Shown here: piece by piece, positions 1 to 12,790 of the stretch
Layout: each line of letters opens with the position of its first letter
How positions within the stretch are numbered: position 1 is the stretch's first letter
Source: Eledone cirrhosa
Taxonomy: Eukaryota
Assembly: GCA_964016885.1 (NCBI GenBank)
Contig: OZ024741.1
Coordinates: forward strand, 130,138,001 to 130,202,000
Length of the DNA: 64,000 nucleotides
Direction: 5' to 3'
Translations under genes and position numbers: made by a program
Notes under the pieces: model-generated
What the model was told of the DNA's origin: nothing
What the model saw: only the letters and a program-made list of their open reading frames with translations
Database searches by the model: none

Positions 1-7
1 GAAACGA

Positions 8-51
<44 letters not shown>

Positions 52-77
52 GTATATATATATATATATATATATAT

Positions 78-272
78 AAAGATTCAGAAGCCTGACGGCT
101 GAGCTCCGGCACTTTCGACAGCTAGATGCGAACTGTTCGGATCTAGCTGTCGAAACGGCCGCAGCTCAGCCGTCGGGTTCCTGAATCTTTTGATATTACC
201 CACTCTACTACCCCAAGTATTGAGTACTCTGGTGGGTTATGTTCTAGCTGGTTTTTACCACACCCTATTTGA
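78..272 (+). mobile_element. Short fold-back (palindromic) element in (TA)n, probably PLE pseudo-LTR derived
   Basis: Imperfect inverted repeat 78-190 centred on 134, then an ~80-bp tail (TATTACCCACTCTACTAC...) shared with 2309-2506. Right arm contains CGAAAC-GGC...GCC-GTC, a hammerhead helix III half. Flanked by (TA)n. Confidence 0.6.
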
Positions 273-691
<419 letters not shown>

Positions 692-758
692 TTTATAATA
701 TTTATATATTGTTATACTTTGGGAGGGTCATGTTGCCAATAAGATAAATTCAGAAACG

Positions 759-800
<42 letters not shown>

Positions 801-804
<4 letters not shown>

Positions 805-1180
805 ATACTTTGGGAGGGTCATGTTGCCAATAAGAAACACACGCACCAGTTGCTTTCACTTCAATTTATTATATATTTATAAATTTATAAATTTACAAAT
901 CTACAAACTTATAAATTTCTGGTTGGTTGGTTTCACAACCAGATAGTTGTTTATATATATAGTCATAGTTCTTTCGTCACACACTCTGTGACCTCTTCAG
1001 TGACTGGGGATTCCTTTCTTTGTTTCTGTGCCTCTCCTTTGTTATATATATAATAAATTGAAGTGAAAGCAACTGGTGCGTGTGTTTCTTATTGGCAACA
1101 TGACCCTCCCAAAGTATAACAATATCGGTTCAACACACGATTTCAGATAAAGAATCTTGCTAAACAAATTCAGAAACGAA
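801..1180 (+). mobile_element. Non-coding PLE remnant: inverted pseudo-LTR + pseudo-LTR end + tail
   Basis: Inverted repeat 801-876 / ~1046-1121. The end (GACCCTCCC...TATAACAATATC...ACACACGATTTCA) is homologous to the 3' end of the PLE at 53854-53900. In (TA)n; a deleted mini-version lies at ~709-760. Confidence 0.75.
961..1005 (-). ncRNA. Minimal type I hammerhead ribozyme motif
   Basis: Minus strand: AGTCA-CTGAAGA-gGTCAC(agagtgt)GTGAC-GAAA-GAAC-TA-TGACT. Helix I AGTCA/TGACT, 5-bp helix II, very short helix III. Confidence 0.75.
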
Positions 1181-1198
1181 ATATATATATATATATAT

Positions 1199-2233
1199 AT
1201 ATCATACAACATGTCTATAGAATCACCAGATAAAATATATACCATTTCCTCTCCCAATTAGCATAATTAACCATATAAAAAATCGAATAGACCAGGCTAT
1301 AAGAATAAGGCTTCTATGAAGAAATCTCCAACAAATAACCGAAACCAGCCCTTCGCGCCGGCTGCAACGGAATATTTATCGAATATTTCGACAGCGTAAT
1401 CGCCCAGATATACAGTCAATTAAACAGAATTAGGTGTAAAATAAACTAGGAGAAAAGATGATACATTTATTTACCTCGACCATGGTTTCGTCCGCATTTT
1501 AAGATTTCCGATAACTTCAGAACCTTGAGCACCGGACTCTTCAGGAGTTTGCTCAAATCTAGACAATAAATTTTCCAAAGTGATCGCGCCAAGAATACAT
1601 TCAAAAATGGCTAAGAATCGTGACGTAGCAGCGGTCAGGTTGGAAGGAGTGTGGTTAGTTGCTTACGGCTGGTGGCTTTTTGCTAGAAGCGCAGCACAAT
1701 ACAGCCAAATTTGTATCTCAGCCTAACGGGAGATTATTACATATAAAGGTTTACATATATATATATACATACATACATATACGTGTTTTGCAACGGGTGA
1801 CTTTGTGGCTCAATGAAAAGTTAATAAATTAAATATAATCACCAGATAAAATATATACCATTTCCTCTCCCAATTTATTTTACACCTAATTCTGTTTAAT
1901 TGACTGTATATCTAGGCGATTACGCTGTCGAAATATTCGATACATATTCCGTTGCAGCCGGCGTGAAGGGCTGGTTTCGGTTATTTGTTGGAGATTTCTT
2001 CATAGAAGCCCTATTCTTATAGCCTGGTCTATTCGATTTTTTATATGGTTAATTATGCTAATTGGGAGAGGAAATGGTATATATTTTATCTGGTGATTCT
2101 ATAGACATGTTTTATGATATATAGCTCTGATTATTTAATTTATTAACTTTTCATTGAGCCACAAAGTGACCCGTTGCAAAGCACGTATATGTATGTATGT
2201 ATATACATATATATATATATGTAAACCTTTATA
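1199..2233. mobile_element. Non-coding PLE-type remnant with interleaved inverted repeats
   Basis: Inverted repeats 1199-1445 / ~1877-2122 and ~1742-1835 / ~2131-2233; internal hammerhead at 1475-1547; (TA)n flanks. Confidence 0.7.
1475..1547 (-). ncRNA. Type I hammerhead ribozyme motif with palindromic helix III
   Basis: Minus strand: CTC-CTGAAGA-GTCCG(long loop)CGGAC-GAAA-CCATGG-TC-GAG. Canonical core and GUC cleavage triplet. Confidence 0.85.
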
Positions 2234-2255
2234 TATATATATATATATACATATA

Positions 2256-2308
<53 letters not shown>

Positions 2309-2313
<5 letters not shown>

Positions 2314-2506
2314 AACCAGTAAGACCCCGACAGCTGAGCTCAAGCCGTTTCGACGGCTAATTCTGGAGTCCAGAATTAGCCGTCGAAACGGCTTGAGCTC
2401 AGCTGTCGGGGTCTTACTGGTTCCTATTACCCACTCTACTACCTCAAGTATCGAGTACTTTGGTGCGTTATGGTCCACCTGGTTCCTTACCACATTTCCT
2501 TCGTTA
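2309..2506 (+). mobile_element. Short fold-back element (perfect 59-bp-arm palindrome + tail) in (TA)n
   Basis: 2309-2427 is a perfect inverted repeat around one base (2368); tail homologous to ~195-272. Confidence 0.65.
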
Positions 2507-2536
2507 TATATATATATATATATATTCATATGAAAG

Positions 2537-2577
<41 letters not shown>

Positions 2578-3042
2578 AAGCACCATATATAGGCCTGACG
2601 TTTCTATGGATATTGGCAAGTATAGTGTTCCATATACTATTTATGCTTCTATACTTCTCTTAGAACGGTGAGACTATAACTTCTGGTGAGTTTTTTGAGT
2701 CTCCTGTGGTTTAAGTATAATTGATATTTTGTCTTCGATGATCGATTATATAGATTGATTTCTTCGATGATCGATTACATAGATTGATTTTGAACTACAT
2801 TCTACAGAATGTGAAATACCGCTATATTGTCTCTCTAATGATTCCACCTGTGTACATATTCTTCTACGAAATATGTATTTAGTATATATACAATATACTT
2901 TCCTCTATGAAATATGGTTCTTTCTCTCTCTATGTATATAAATATATCTTTTTCATTTAATCCATGGCTCTGGATAATATCTATTGAGGAACAAAAAATT
3001 CTAACATATTTGATGTTTTGATTCATTACATTTGTGTGTGTG

Positions 3043-3091
<49 letters not shown>

Positions 3092-3095
3092 ATAA

Positions 3096-3181
<86 letters not shown>

Positions 3182-3288
3182 ATAATAATAAATTTGAAGG
3201 CTAAAATCCAAAGAGGGCTCGATAAGGATAAATATATATCAAATATATAAGAACAGTAGAGCAAATATTTATTAAAATAACAGATTAA

Positions 3289-3339
3289 AGTTTAAGCAAA
3301 GAATCGCTGCTTTCACCCTTAACGGGATCTTCTGAAACT
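3289..3339 (-). ncRNA. Hammerhead-like motif with CAGAAGA core (left pseudo-LTR copy)
   Basis: Minus strand: AGTTT-CAGAAGA-tCCC(gttaa)GGGt-GAAA-GCA(9 nt)TGC-TT-AAACT; all three helices can form. Confidence 0.55.
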
Positions 3340-3416
3340 AACAAAGTCAATCTGTAAACGCAGAAGTGGATATTTCAAAAAACGTTGCAACCGGAGGAAA
3401 ACAGGAAGACGATACT

Positions 3417-3695
3417 TTGGTTCGTAGAAACGTTCCCTGGCAAAGAACGGGAAAAAACGAATATAATACGTCATTATTTGGAGCGGTGAAAAACACGCAA
3501 AGACAGAACCACGTTTATGGTATAAAAGAAGTCATAGACTAATGTTCTCTTAGGTGGTTCATAGAGACGTTCTCTGGCAATGAACGGAAAAACGAAAATA
3601 ATACGTCATATGTAGAGCGTGTAGAACAATTGCACGCAAAGACAAAACCACGTAAATGGTATAGCAGAATTCGTAGACTAAAATTCTAACTAGGA
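3417..3695. repeat. Two diverged ~138-bp tandem units inside the pseudo-LTR
   Basis: GGTTC.TAGA.ACGTTC.CTGGCAA...CACGCAAAGACA.AACCACGT..ATGGTATA occurs twice; mirrored at ~6725-7075. Confidence 0.7.
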
Positions 3696-3849
3696 AATCG
3701 AATGATTCTCCGCTTCAGAGTTAAGAATAAAGTAAATACAATACAGAGGTAATTGAAATTAAATAAATACATACACGCATCCAAATACGTACATACACAA
3801 GCATACGCGAAAACACTCGCCATAGGTATACAAATACACACACATATAA

Positions 3850-3958
<109 letters not shown>

Positions 3959-4041
3959 CGTGTATACAAATAATTAAATAAACGTATATAAATAAATAAA
4001 TACGTTCCCTCGGTTGAGCACTCTATTGACTTATATTCATC

Positions 4042-6165
4042 ATGCAGAAACAACATCTGAATATTTCTACAAAGAACATACCCGTACCAAGCAGGAAAAC
4101 ATACATAAAACTCCTGATACAGAAAACAGACGCGTTCATTAAAAGGTTGCGTTGGCCTGCCTTTTATTTCGATAATCCGCGTAAAGCAGACAACAAACAG
4201 GATAAATTTGGGTTTAAAACCTATAATAACCCTCCGTGCAACCCAGCATTGCTACCCTTCGAAAATGATGTCTTGAAACTCATACGGAGTATCAAATTTC
4301 GGAATAGGAGCAATTCCTTTCAGCAGGACCTGAAGAATAGAATTCGTTCTATTAAGGATTCTAATGCCGTGCACGTCCATTCCGACAAAACTGGCAATCT
4401 ATATCAAGTGGAGCGCAGTACTTACCATCAACTGCTACATAATGCTGTAACTAAGGATTACCGTAAAACTAATCGGTGCGTCATCAATGAAATCAACGAT
4501 GCTGGGTTTAAAATCACCTCTGATCTCAACATCCTGGACTGGACCGAACCTCTGGACCCTATTTCTCCCCACTTTACCCTGAAGGATCACAAATCCAATT
4601 TTCCGAACAACCCCTCTATTCGGCTTATTAACCCTACGAAGTCCGATTTAGGTAGACTTAGTAAAAGGATTCTTGATAGAATTATACCTGAAATTAGAAG
4701 TTTGGCCCCTCTTGCACTGTGGAACAATTCTTTCGCGGTGATTGATTAGTTTAACGGCATATGCAACAAGGAACATTGCCGTTTTATCCAATTCGACATC
4801 AATAATTACTATTCCTCCATCACTTTACCACTTCTCCTTAGGGCTATCAATTTCGCTAAAACACTCACAGTGGTTAAGGATTTCGAAGTTGATGTCATCC
4901 TCAATGCCCGTAAGTCGGTGATTAATTTCGACGACTCTATTTGGATTAAAAAATCCAATAGTACCCCATTCGACGTGAGTATCGGCGACAGCGATTCTGC
5001 GGAGGTTACTGATCTTATCGGCCTTTTCCTTCTTTTCTTTATCAAGGACGAATTCCCCAACGTGGGCGGTGGGTTGTACCGTGATGATGGCATTTTGACC
5101 ATGACTAAGTGCGGGCCTCGTGCTTGCAATAGGTTCAGAAAAGAACTCTCAGCCTTCTTTAAAGGCTTCAACCACTCTATACAGGTTGAGGCCAACCTCT
5201 CGGTCGTTAATTACCTCGACGTTACCCTCAATTTATCGAATGGCATGTATTACACGTATAGAAAGCCGAATGATACGCTTAATTACATAAGTAGGCATTC
5301 CAACCATCCTGCCAGCATAACCAAGAACCTGGTAAGAAACGTTTCGTTGAGGCTTTCCCGTCTATCTACTAACGAGCATATTTTCAACGACCATTCCACA
5401 TATTACAATGAAGCTCTTGCTCGGAGTGGATTTGTCGATAAGGTAGCATATACAGAGTACGAGAATAGACCTAGAAGAAATAGATCCCGACACATTATAT
5501 GGTATAACCCACCATATAATATGGCGGTGGCCACACCATTAGCTAAGATCTTTCTATCCCTTATTACTAAGCATTTTCCCCCTACACATAAATATAGTAA
5601 CATTTTTAATAGAAATACTATAAACATTTCTTACTCTACAACTCCTAACCTTGCACATAACATCACAGCTTCAAATTTAGCTAAACTACCTAGCCGTAGG
5701 AACACGTGCAACCCTGTAGTTAGTACTAACTGTAATTGTAGGAATCGGGTTGATTTCCCCCTATCCGGGAAATGCCTCTCTAGTAACATTGTCTACAAAT
5801 GTAAGGTTGAAACACCTTAGGGCCTACATAGGGTTAACCGCCAATAGATTCAAGCAGCGTCTTTACATGCATACCCATTCTTTTCGTTACCCTCTAAGAA
5901 GGAATATGACGTCACTTTCAGCTTATATCTGGAGTCTAAAAGACAACCACACCCAATATAAGTTACACTGGGAGATCCTAGCTAGTGCTAGATCGTATAA
6001 CGGAAATAGAAGACCATGTGACCTCTGCGCCGCTGAGGCCCTGGAAATACTCTACGCCACAGATCCCACATCTTAAACAAAAAATCTGAGGCAATTTCGG
6101 CTTGTAAACATAAATTGCACAAAACTTTCCTGTATTACAGCACCACATTATACCCTAACGGATAG
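4042..6165 (+). pseudogene. PLE RT + GIY-YIG endonuclease ORF, disrupted
   Basis: RT motifs FDINNYYSSI, FDVSIGDSDSAEV, YRDDG. Linker CNC-x5-(F)-x5-C. Endonuclease IVY...YIGLT...FKQR...H with CDLC. Stop at 4747-4749, frameshifts near 5815 and 6072. Confidence 0.85.
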
Positions 6166-6943
6166 TACGATCTATACGCGGATATTTTACGTCTTGATGT
6201 GGTAGCTAAGTATATGTTATGTTTATACCATTACTTATTTGCATAGGTAAGTATATATTACCTATATGTTTTGTGAAGGTACGTATACTTTCTCGTACGT
6301 ATATTTGATTGTATATCTTATGGCGTATATTTATAAATTCTGGTACATATGCTTTTGGTTATGTGTATACGTGAGTTTTGCGTCTGTGTGAGTATGCGGG
6401 TTCGTACGTATGTAGGGTGTGTGTATATGTGTACTTCGTGTTTTGGTTGACGTGCGTCTCCGAACATTTGTGTATTTACATGTAGGTATGTGTGTGTGCT
6501 TGTTATATACGTATTTATTTATTTATATGCGTTTATTTAATTATTTGTATACACGCACACACACACATATTTATATGTGCGTGTATTTGTATACCTATGG
6601 CGAGTGTTTTCGCGTATGCTTGTGTATGTACGTATTTGGATGCGTGTATGTTTTTATTTAATTTCAATTACCTCTGTATTTTATTTACTTTATTCTTAAC
6701 TCTGAAGCGGAGAATCATTCGATTTCCTAGTTAGAATTTTAGTCTACGACTTCATTACCATTTACGTGGTTTTGTCTTTGCGTGCAATTGTTCTCCACGC
6801 TCCACATATGACGTATTATTTTCGTTTTCCGTTCATTGCCAAAGAACGTCTCTATGAACCACCTAAGAGAATATTAGTCTACGACTTCTTTTATACCATA
6901 AACGTGGTTCTGTCTTTGCGTGTTTTTCACCGTTCCAAATAAT

Positions 6944-7006
6944 TCTTTCTACTTTAGGCACAAGGCCAGCAATTACCCAGTACATTACTGGTACTTTATT
7001 TTATCG
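6944..7006 (-). mobile_element. 5'-truncated SINE inserted in the right pseudo-LTR with 15-bp TSD
   Basis: Reverse complement of the SINE tail at ~49612-49680; flanked by ACCG(T/C)TCCAAATAAT at 6929-6943 and 7007-7021; absent from the left arm. Confidence 0.85.
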
Positions 7007-7153
7007 ACCGCTCCAAATAATGACATATTATATTCGTTTTTCCCGTTCTTTGCCAGAGAACGTTTCCACGAACCAAAGTATCGTCTTTCTGTTTTCCTCC
7101 GGTTGCAACGTTTTTTGAAATATCCACTTCTGCGTTTACAAATTGGTTTTGTT

Positions 7154-7204
7154 AGTTTCAGAAGATCCCGTTAAGGGTGAAAGAAGCGATTCTTTCCTTA
7201 AACT
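7154..7204 (+). ncRNA. Hammerhead-like motif with CAGAAGA core (right pseudo-LTR copy)
   Basis: AGTTT-CAGAAGA-TCCCGTTAAGGGT-GAAA-...-TT-AAACT; helix III weakened relative to the left copy. Confidence 0.45.
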
Positions 7205-7245
7205 TTAATCTGTTATTTTAATAAATATATATATATATATATACA

Positions 7246-7455
7246 TAGCGGCGATGAATTAGTTTTGCGAGGTTTTTTATATGAAATCGTGTGTCGAAAC
7301 AAATATTGTTATACTTGGGAGGGTTGTATTTGTGTAATATTGCCAGAATTAATAACAGAACACACTCACTGTTTGGTTGGTTTTCGCTTCTCGCTTCTGT
7401 GTCTTTTATATCGGTAATCTAACTTACTCGGTCTTCAATGTTGCCATTGACTGAC
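7246..7455 (-). mobile_element. Solo 3' end (pseudo-LTR fragment) of the Neptune-type PLE family
   Basis: Close reverse complement of ~53722-53933; in (TA)n. Confidence 0.85.
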
Positions 7456-7489
7456 ATATATACATACATATATATATATACATATATAT

Positions 7490-7942
7490 ATATAAAAAAT
7501 CAAGGTTTAGCAAATAGAGAAAAAGTTTTAAAATAAATTTTAAAAGGTTCGCTTTACTTACTATATGTGCCTTTACCGCGCGGTTTCAAATCCCAAAATA
7601 AACAGATAATCCAACAAGCGGGTTTCCCTTGAGAAGGGGACTATCGTCAGAAGGCTTTTCTCGCTCGGAGAATATAAAATTCCCGAGTTCAAATCACAAA
7701 CTGGCGCCATACAAAACTGTTCCCGAATGAGAGTGAATGAGGAAAGAAACAATTTTGCCTAGTGCCGTGTGTTAAGTACAGCGAACCTTTTAAAATTTAT
7801 TTTAAAACTTTTTCTCTATTTGCTAAACCTTGATTTTATATGTTCTGTCTTGTTAATTTATTAACCTGCCATAGAACCACATTGGCATACGGTTGGACAA
7901 TACTTGTACCCCTATATGTATTTTTTACACGTAGGAACACAT

Positions 7943-7945
<3 letters not shown>
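7490..7945. mobile_element. Non-coding PLE-type remnant with inverted arms and hammerhead
   Basis: Inverted repeat ~7491-7560 / ~7773-7840, internal hammerhead, (TA)n flanks. Confidence 0.7.
7569..7655 (-). ncRNA. Type I hammerhead ribozyme motif, palindromic helix III
   Basis: Minus strand: GCCTT-CTGACGA-tagTCCC(long insert)GGGAttt-GAAA-CCGCGCGG-TA-AAGGC; helix I GCCTT/AAGGC. Confidence 0.8.
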
Positions 7946-8023
<78 letters not shown>

Positions 8024-8197
8024 ATTTATATATATGTATGTGTGTGTGTGTGTGTGTGCATGGAGAGAGGGAGAGAAATACACCGTAACCTAATCGTTTC
8101 TGATAAAAACGTAAAAGAAACTACATTCGTGGTTTACGAACTCCCATCGACATACATGATTTTGCGGTTTATTTAATTTAATATCTAAGTACAAGTT

Positions 8198-8350
8198 GGT
8201 GAGTTGGGAGAGTCGTTAGAGCTTCAGACAGAACGTTTTGCAGTATTCGTTCTGACTCTCTGATTTCTGAGTTCAAATTCCGCCGTGATCATCTTTGCCT
8301 TTCATCCTTTCGAAGTTCATAAAAAGTACTAATCCAATTCTAAGGTCGAT
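8198..8350 (+). mobile_element. Decayed tRNA-derived SINE
   Basis: B-box-like GAGTTCAAATTCC followed by CTTTGCCTTTCATCCTTTCG, homologous to 49565-49620. Confidence 0.6.
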
Positions 8351-9019
8351 TTTTCCTCTCTATCTCTTTCTTACTTTCTCTCTGTCAATCTTTCTCTCCC
8401 TTTCTAGAAGAATTTGACTGTGTTTTTACCTAATGAGGGAATGTGCTCTTCCAGGTTTAAACTGCCCCAAAAGGCACGCCAGGTCTCCACCAAGAGTTAC
8501 ATATCCATACATGAATACAATAAATATAATATAAAGAGTAGTATGCTCATGCACGGAGTTGCTATAAAATTGCTCATAAGATCGTGTGAAGACATTTAAG
8601 GGAAGTTGGGCTATCAATGGAAAATTCTTTTTCTGTTTTTAAGGGTCTTTACCCCTTTTATAAGCGATTTTATAGCATCTCCGCACATGAACACACAACT
8701 CTTTATATTAACTTCATCCTCTCAGCGGTTCGTAAAAGCCCAAGATATCGGCTAAGTATATGTTTTTATTTTTTACAATAAATATATTTGCCAACATTAG
8801 TACACTTAATTCTCTCTTTTTACTGAGAAACCAAAACTAATAAACAATAGACCTCTGCCGGTTTCGATTATGAGTGTTTTCCTCAGGAACAGTCTACTTA
8901 TGAAATTAACGTGCAACTGGCTAAGCATTTCACTAACACGTGCACTTTTAATGTAACTCCTAGGGATATTCAGAGTTACACAGTATATGACTAATCTAAT
9001 CCTTTGAATTATAGGTACA

Positions 9020-9170
9020 CTCCATTCAACGGGCTTCAAATAGTTTCCGTCTACTCAATTTAATTCCCAACGTATGGATCGACCCGATGCTATGGTAAGT
9101 GATATTTACCCACGATGCTACACAGTGGGATTGAACTTAATCATAGCGGAATGAACCTCTTAACCATTCG
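9020..9170 (-). mobile_element. Decayed tRNA-derived SINE (different family)
   Basis: Minus-strand tRNA-like head (TGGTTAAGAGG...GTTCAATCCCACTG) and a body resembling a common mollusc SINE (recalled, not searched). Confidence 0.4.
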
Positions 9171-10019
9171 AGATGTTGCGTCAACGTCCATAGTTTATAA
9201 CTACAGTAAAAACCTTGATTAACCTAAATGTCTGCGAACTAATTCGTATATTTTTCTTTGTTTCACAACCGGTAACACGCCTCGTTATATAAAGTGCTGT
9301 GTGAATCCTAAACTAAAGGCAGCTATCTTTAGTTTAGTGGGTATATCCTTCAAATATATTTCACAGTAAGTATCTATACGAATTATAATGTATTTGGTGT
9401 AAGGATAATAATATATCTATTTTACTGTTTATGGTCCCTAGACGGGTGAAAATATCGAGAATTTGAGCAAATACGTCCAACAAACTCCGCTAAAAATATC
9501 TAAGGGCTAGTGGGTGATGCTCAACCGGACAACGGATTAAGTTTAACACTCAATTAAGCCTCAGCGGGATTTGAATACAGGGCGAAAACAGTCGGGATAA
9601 ATTCTCACAAGATTTACAAACGAAAGAGAATCAAGGAAGTAGAGAATTCAACGCTGGTCCAGTTAGGCAAACGGCAGAAGAGTAGGTGATATGGCACAGA
9701 AGAGATGGCCTTCATCATAGAAATCTAGGCTAAAGGTCACTCTAATGTCCCGTGTAGTTGTGGGGATTGTAACTAAATAATCTCTTCTATACAATCGTTG
9801 AAATAAAGAAATTTTACCCAAAAAATTACTCCAGATCAAATCCGGAAAAAAAATATCAACAGTAAAACAGAAATGTCATACGGCACCAGACTTCTCATAT
9901 AGTGCAGGATAGGAGGGGTAAGTGATACGTTTGTGTTAGAACCGTCCATCTGAAAACCCTCAGCATCTCACAACTGAGGTCAAATCAACATGAACTCACA
10001 CTGGTTTCAATATCAAAGC

Positions 10020-10300
10020 CACAACAACATCATCAGCAACAACAGCATCAGCAACAGCAGCAGCAACACTATCAGCAACAGCAGCAGCAAAAGTAAAGTA
10101 ACAACATCAACAGCAGTAGAAACAGAAACTGCAACAGTAGCAACGGAAGCAACAACAGCATCAACAGCAACAACAGTAGCATCAGTAATATCAGCAGTAA
10201 CAGTAGCTGCAACACTAACAGCAGCAACAACAGAAGCAGCAGATATAGAAACAACAACAGCAACAGTAGCATCATCAACAACAACAGCAGACACAGAAAC
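10020..10300. repeat. Degenerate (CAA/CAG)n low-complexity tract
   Basis: Visible trinucleotide periodicity. Confidence 0.85.
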
Positions 10301-10599
10301 CAATGTCAAAATACAAGAAAGAATGTAGATGGAGGGGGAACCATGTGAGTGCACCCACCAAAAGAAAAAACAACATCACAAACTTATGCATCAATAAGCC
10401 ACTTGTATTCTCCTACTGCTGCACATGCTGCATATCTTCTAAAATAAGGTGCAGGGGAGTAGAGCATGGCAGACCTCTGACGTGGGGTGTATGAGTTTAA
10501 AATAAAGTGGTCAATGACCGCATCATATCACTACAAAGAAATAAAGATTTAAAATTAAAAATAGTAAACGAAACGCCGATGATGCTGCAAAGCAACGAC

Positions 10600-12790
10600 G
10601 GCACCACCACTGCCACCACCACCACCTTCACTACCACCACCACTGCCACCACCACCACCGTCACTACCACCACCACTGCCACCACCACCACCGTCACTAC
10701 CACCACCACTGCCACCACCACCACCGTCACTACCACCACCACTGCCACCACCACCACCTTCACTACCACCACCACTGCCACCACCACCACCTTCACTACC
10801 ACCACCACTTCCACCACCACCACCTTCACTACCACCACCACTGCCACCACCACCACCGTCACTACCACCACCACTGCCACCACCACCACCTTCACTACCA
10901 CCACCACTGCCACCACCACCACCGTCACTACCACCACCACTTCCACCACCACCACCTTCACTACCACCACCACTGCCACCACCACCACCGTCACTACCAC
11001 CACCACTGCCACCACCACCACCGTCACTACCACCACCACTGCCACCACCACCACCGTCACTACCACCACCACTGCCACCACCACCACCGTCACTACCACC
11101 ACCACTGACACCACCACCACCGTCACTACCACCACCACTGCCACCACCACCACCGTCACTACCACCAGCACTGCCACCACCACCACCTTCACTACCACCA
11201 CCACTGCCACCACCACCACCGTCACTACCACCACCACTGCCACCACCACCACCGTCACTACCACCACCACTGCCACCACCACCACCGTCACTACCACCAG
11301 CACTGCCACCACCACCACCTTCACTACCACCACCACTGCCACCACCACCACCGTCACTACCACCACCACTGCCACCACCACCACCGTCACTACCACCACC
11401 ACTGCCACCACCACCACCGTCACTACCACCACCACCGTCACTACCACCACCACTGCCACCACCGCCAGCGTCACTACTACGACCACTGCCACCACCACCA
11501 CCGTCACTACCACCACCACTGCCACCACCACCACCGTCACTACCACCACCACTGCCACCACCGCCAGCGTCACTACCACCACCACTGCCACCACCACCAC
11601 CGTCACTACCACCACCACTGCCACCACCACCACCGTCACTACCACCACCACTGCCACTACCACCATCGTCACTACCACCATCACTGCCACCATCACCACC
11701 GTCACTACCACCACCACTGCCACCACCACCACCGTCACTACCACCACCACTGCCACCACCACCACCGTCACTACCACCACCACTGCCACCACCACCACCG
11801 TCACTACCACCACCACTGCCACCACCACCACCGTCACTACCACCACCACTGCCACCACCACCACCGTCACTACCACCACCATCACTACCACCACCACTGC
11901 CACCACCACCAGCGTCACTACCAACACCACTGCCACCACCACCACCGTCACTACCACCACCACTGCCACCACCACCAGCGTCACTACCACCATCACTGCC
12001 ACCACCACCACCGTCACTACCACCACCACTGCCACTAACGCCAGCGTCACTACCACCACCACTGCCACCACCACCAGCGTCACTACCACCACCACTGCCA
12101 CCACCACCACCGTCACTACCACCACCACTGCCACCACCACCACCGTCACTACCACCACCACTGCCACCACCGCCACCGTCACTACCACCACCACTGCCAC
12201 CACCACCAGCGTCACTACCACCATCACTGCCACCACCACCACCGTCACTACCACCACCACTGCCACTACCGCCAGCGTCACTACCACCACCACTGCCACC
12301 ACCACCACCGTCACTACCACCACCACTGCCACCACCACCACCGTCACTACCACCACCACTGCCACCACCACCAGCGTCACTACAACCACCACTGTCACTA
12401 CCGCCACCGTCACTACCGCCACCACCGTCACTAGCGCCACCACCGTCACTACCACCACCACCACTGTCATCACCACCACCACCGTACTACCACCACAACC
12501 GTCACTACCACCACCGTCACTACCACCACCACTATTACTACCACCACCACCATTACTATCACCACCACCGTCACTACCACCACTGTCACTACCACCACCA
12601 CCACTGTCACTACCACCACCACCGTCACCACCACCATCACTACCACCACCACCGTCACTACCACCACCACCGTCACCACCACCACCGTCACTACCACCAA
12701 CACCGTCACTACCACCACCACCATCACTACCACCACCATCACTACCACTACCATCACTACCACCACAGGTAAACACGTCACCACCACCGC
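10600..12790. repeat. 30-bp minisatellite (ACCACCACCACTGCCACCACCACCACCGTCACT-type) grading into 15-18-bp units
   Basis: Highly regular tandem array; its poly-Thr and poly-Val ORFs follow from the repeat. Confidence 0.95.
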
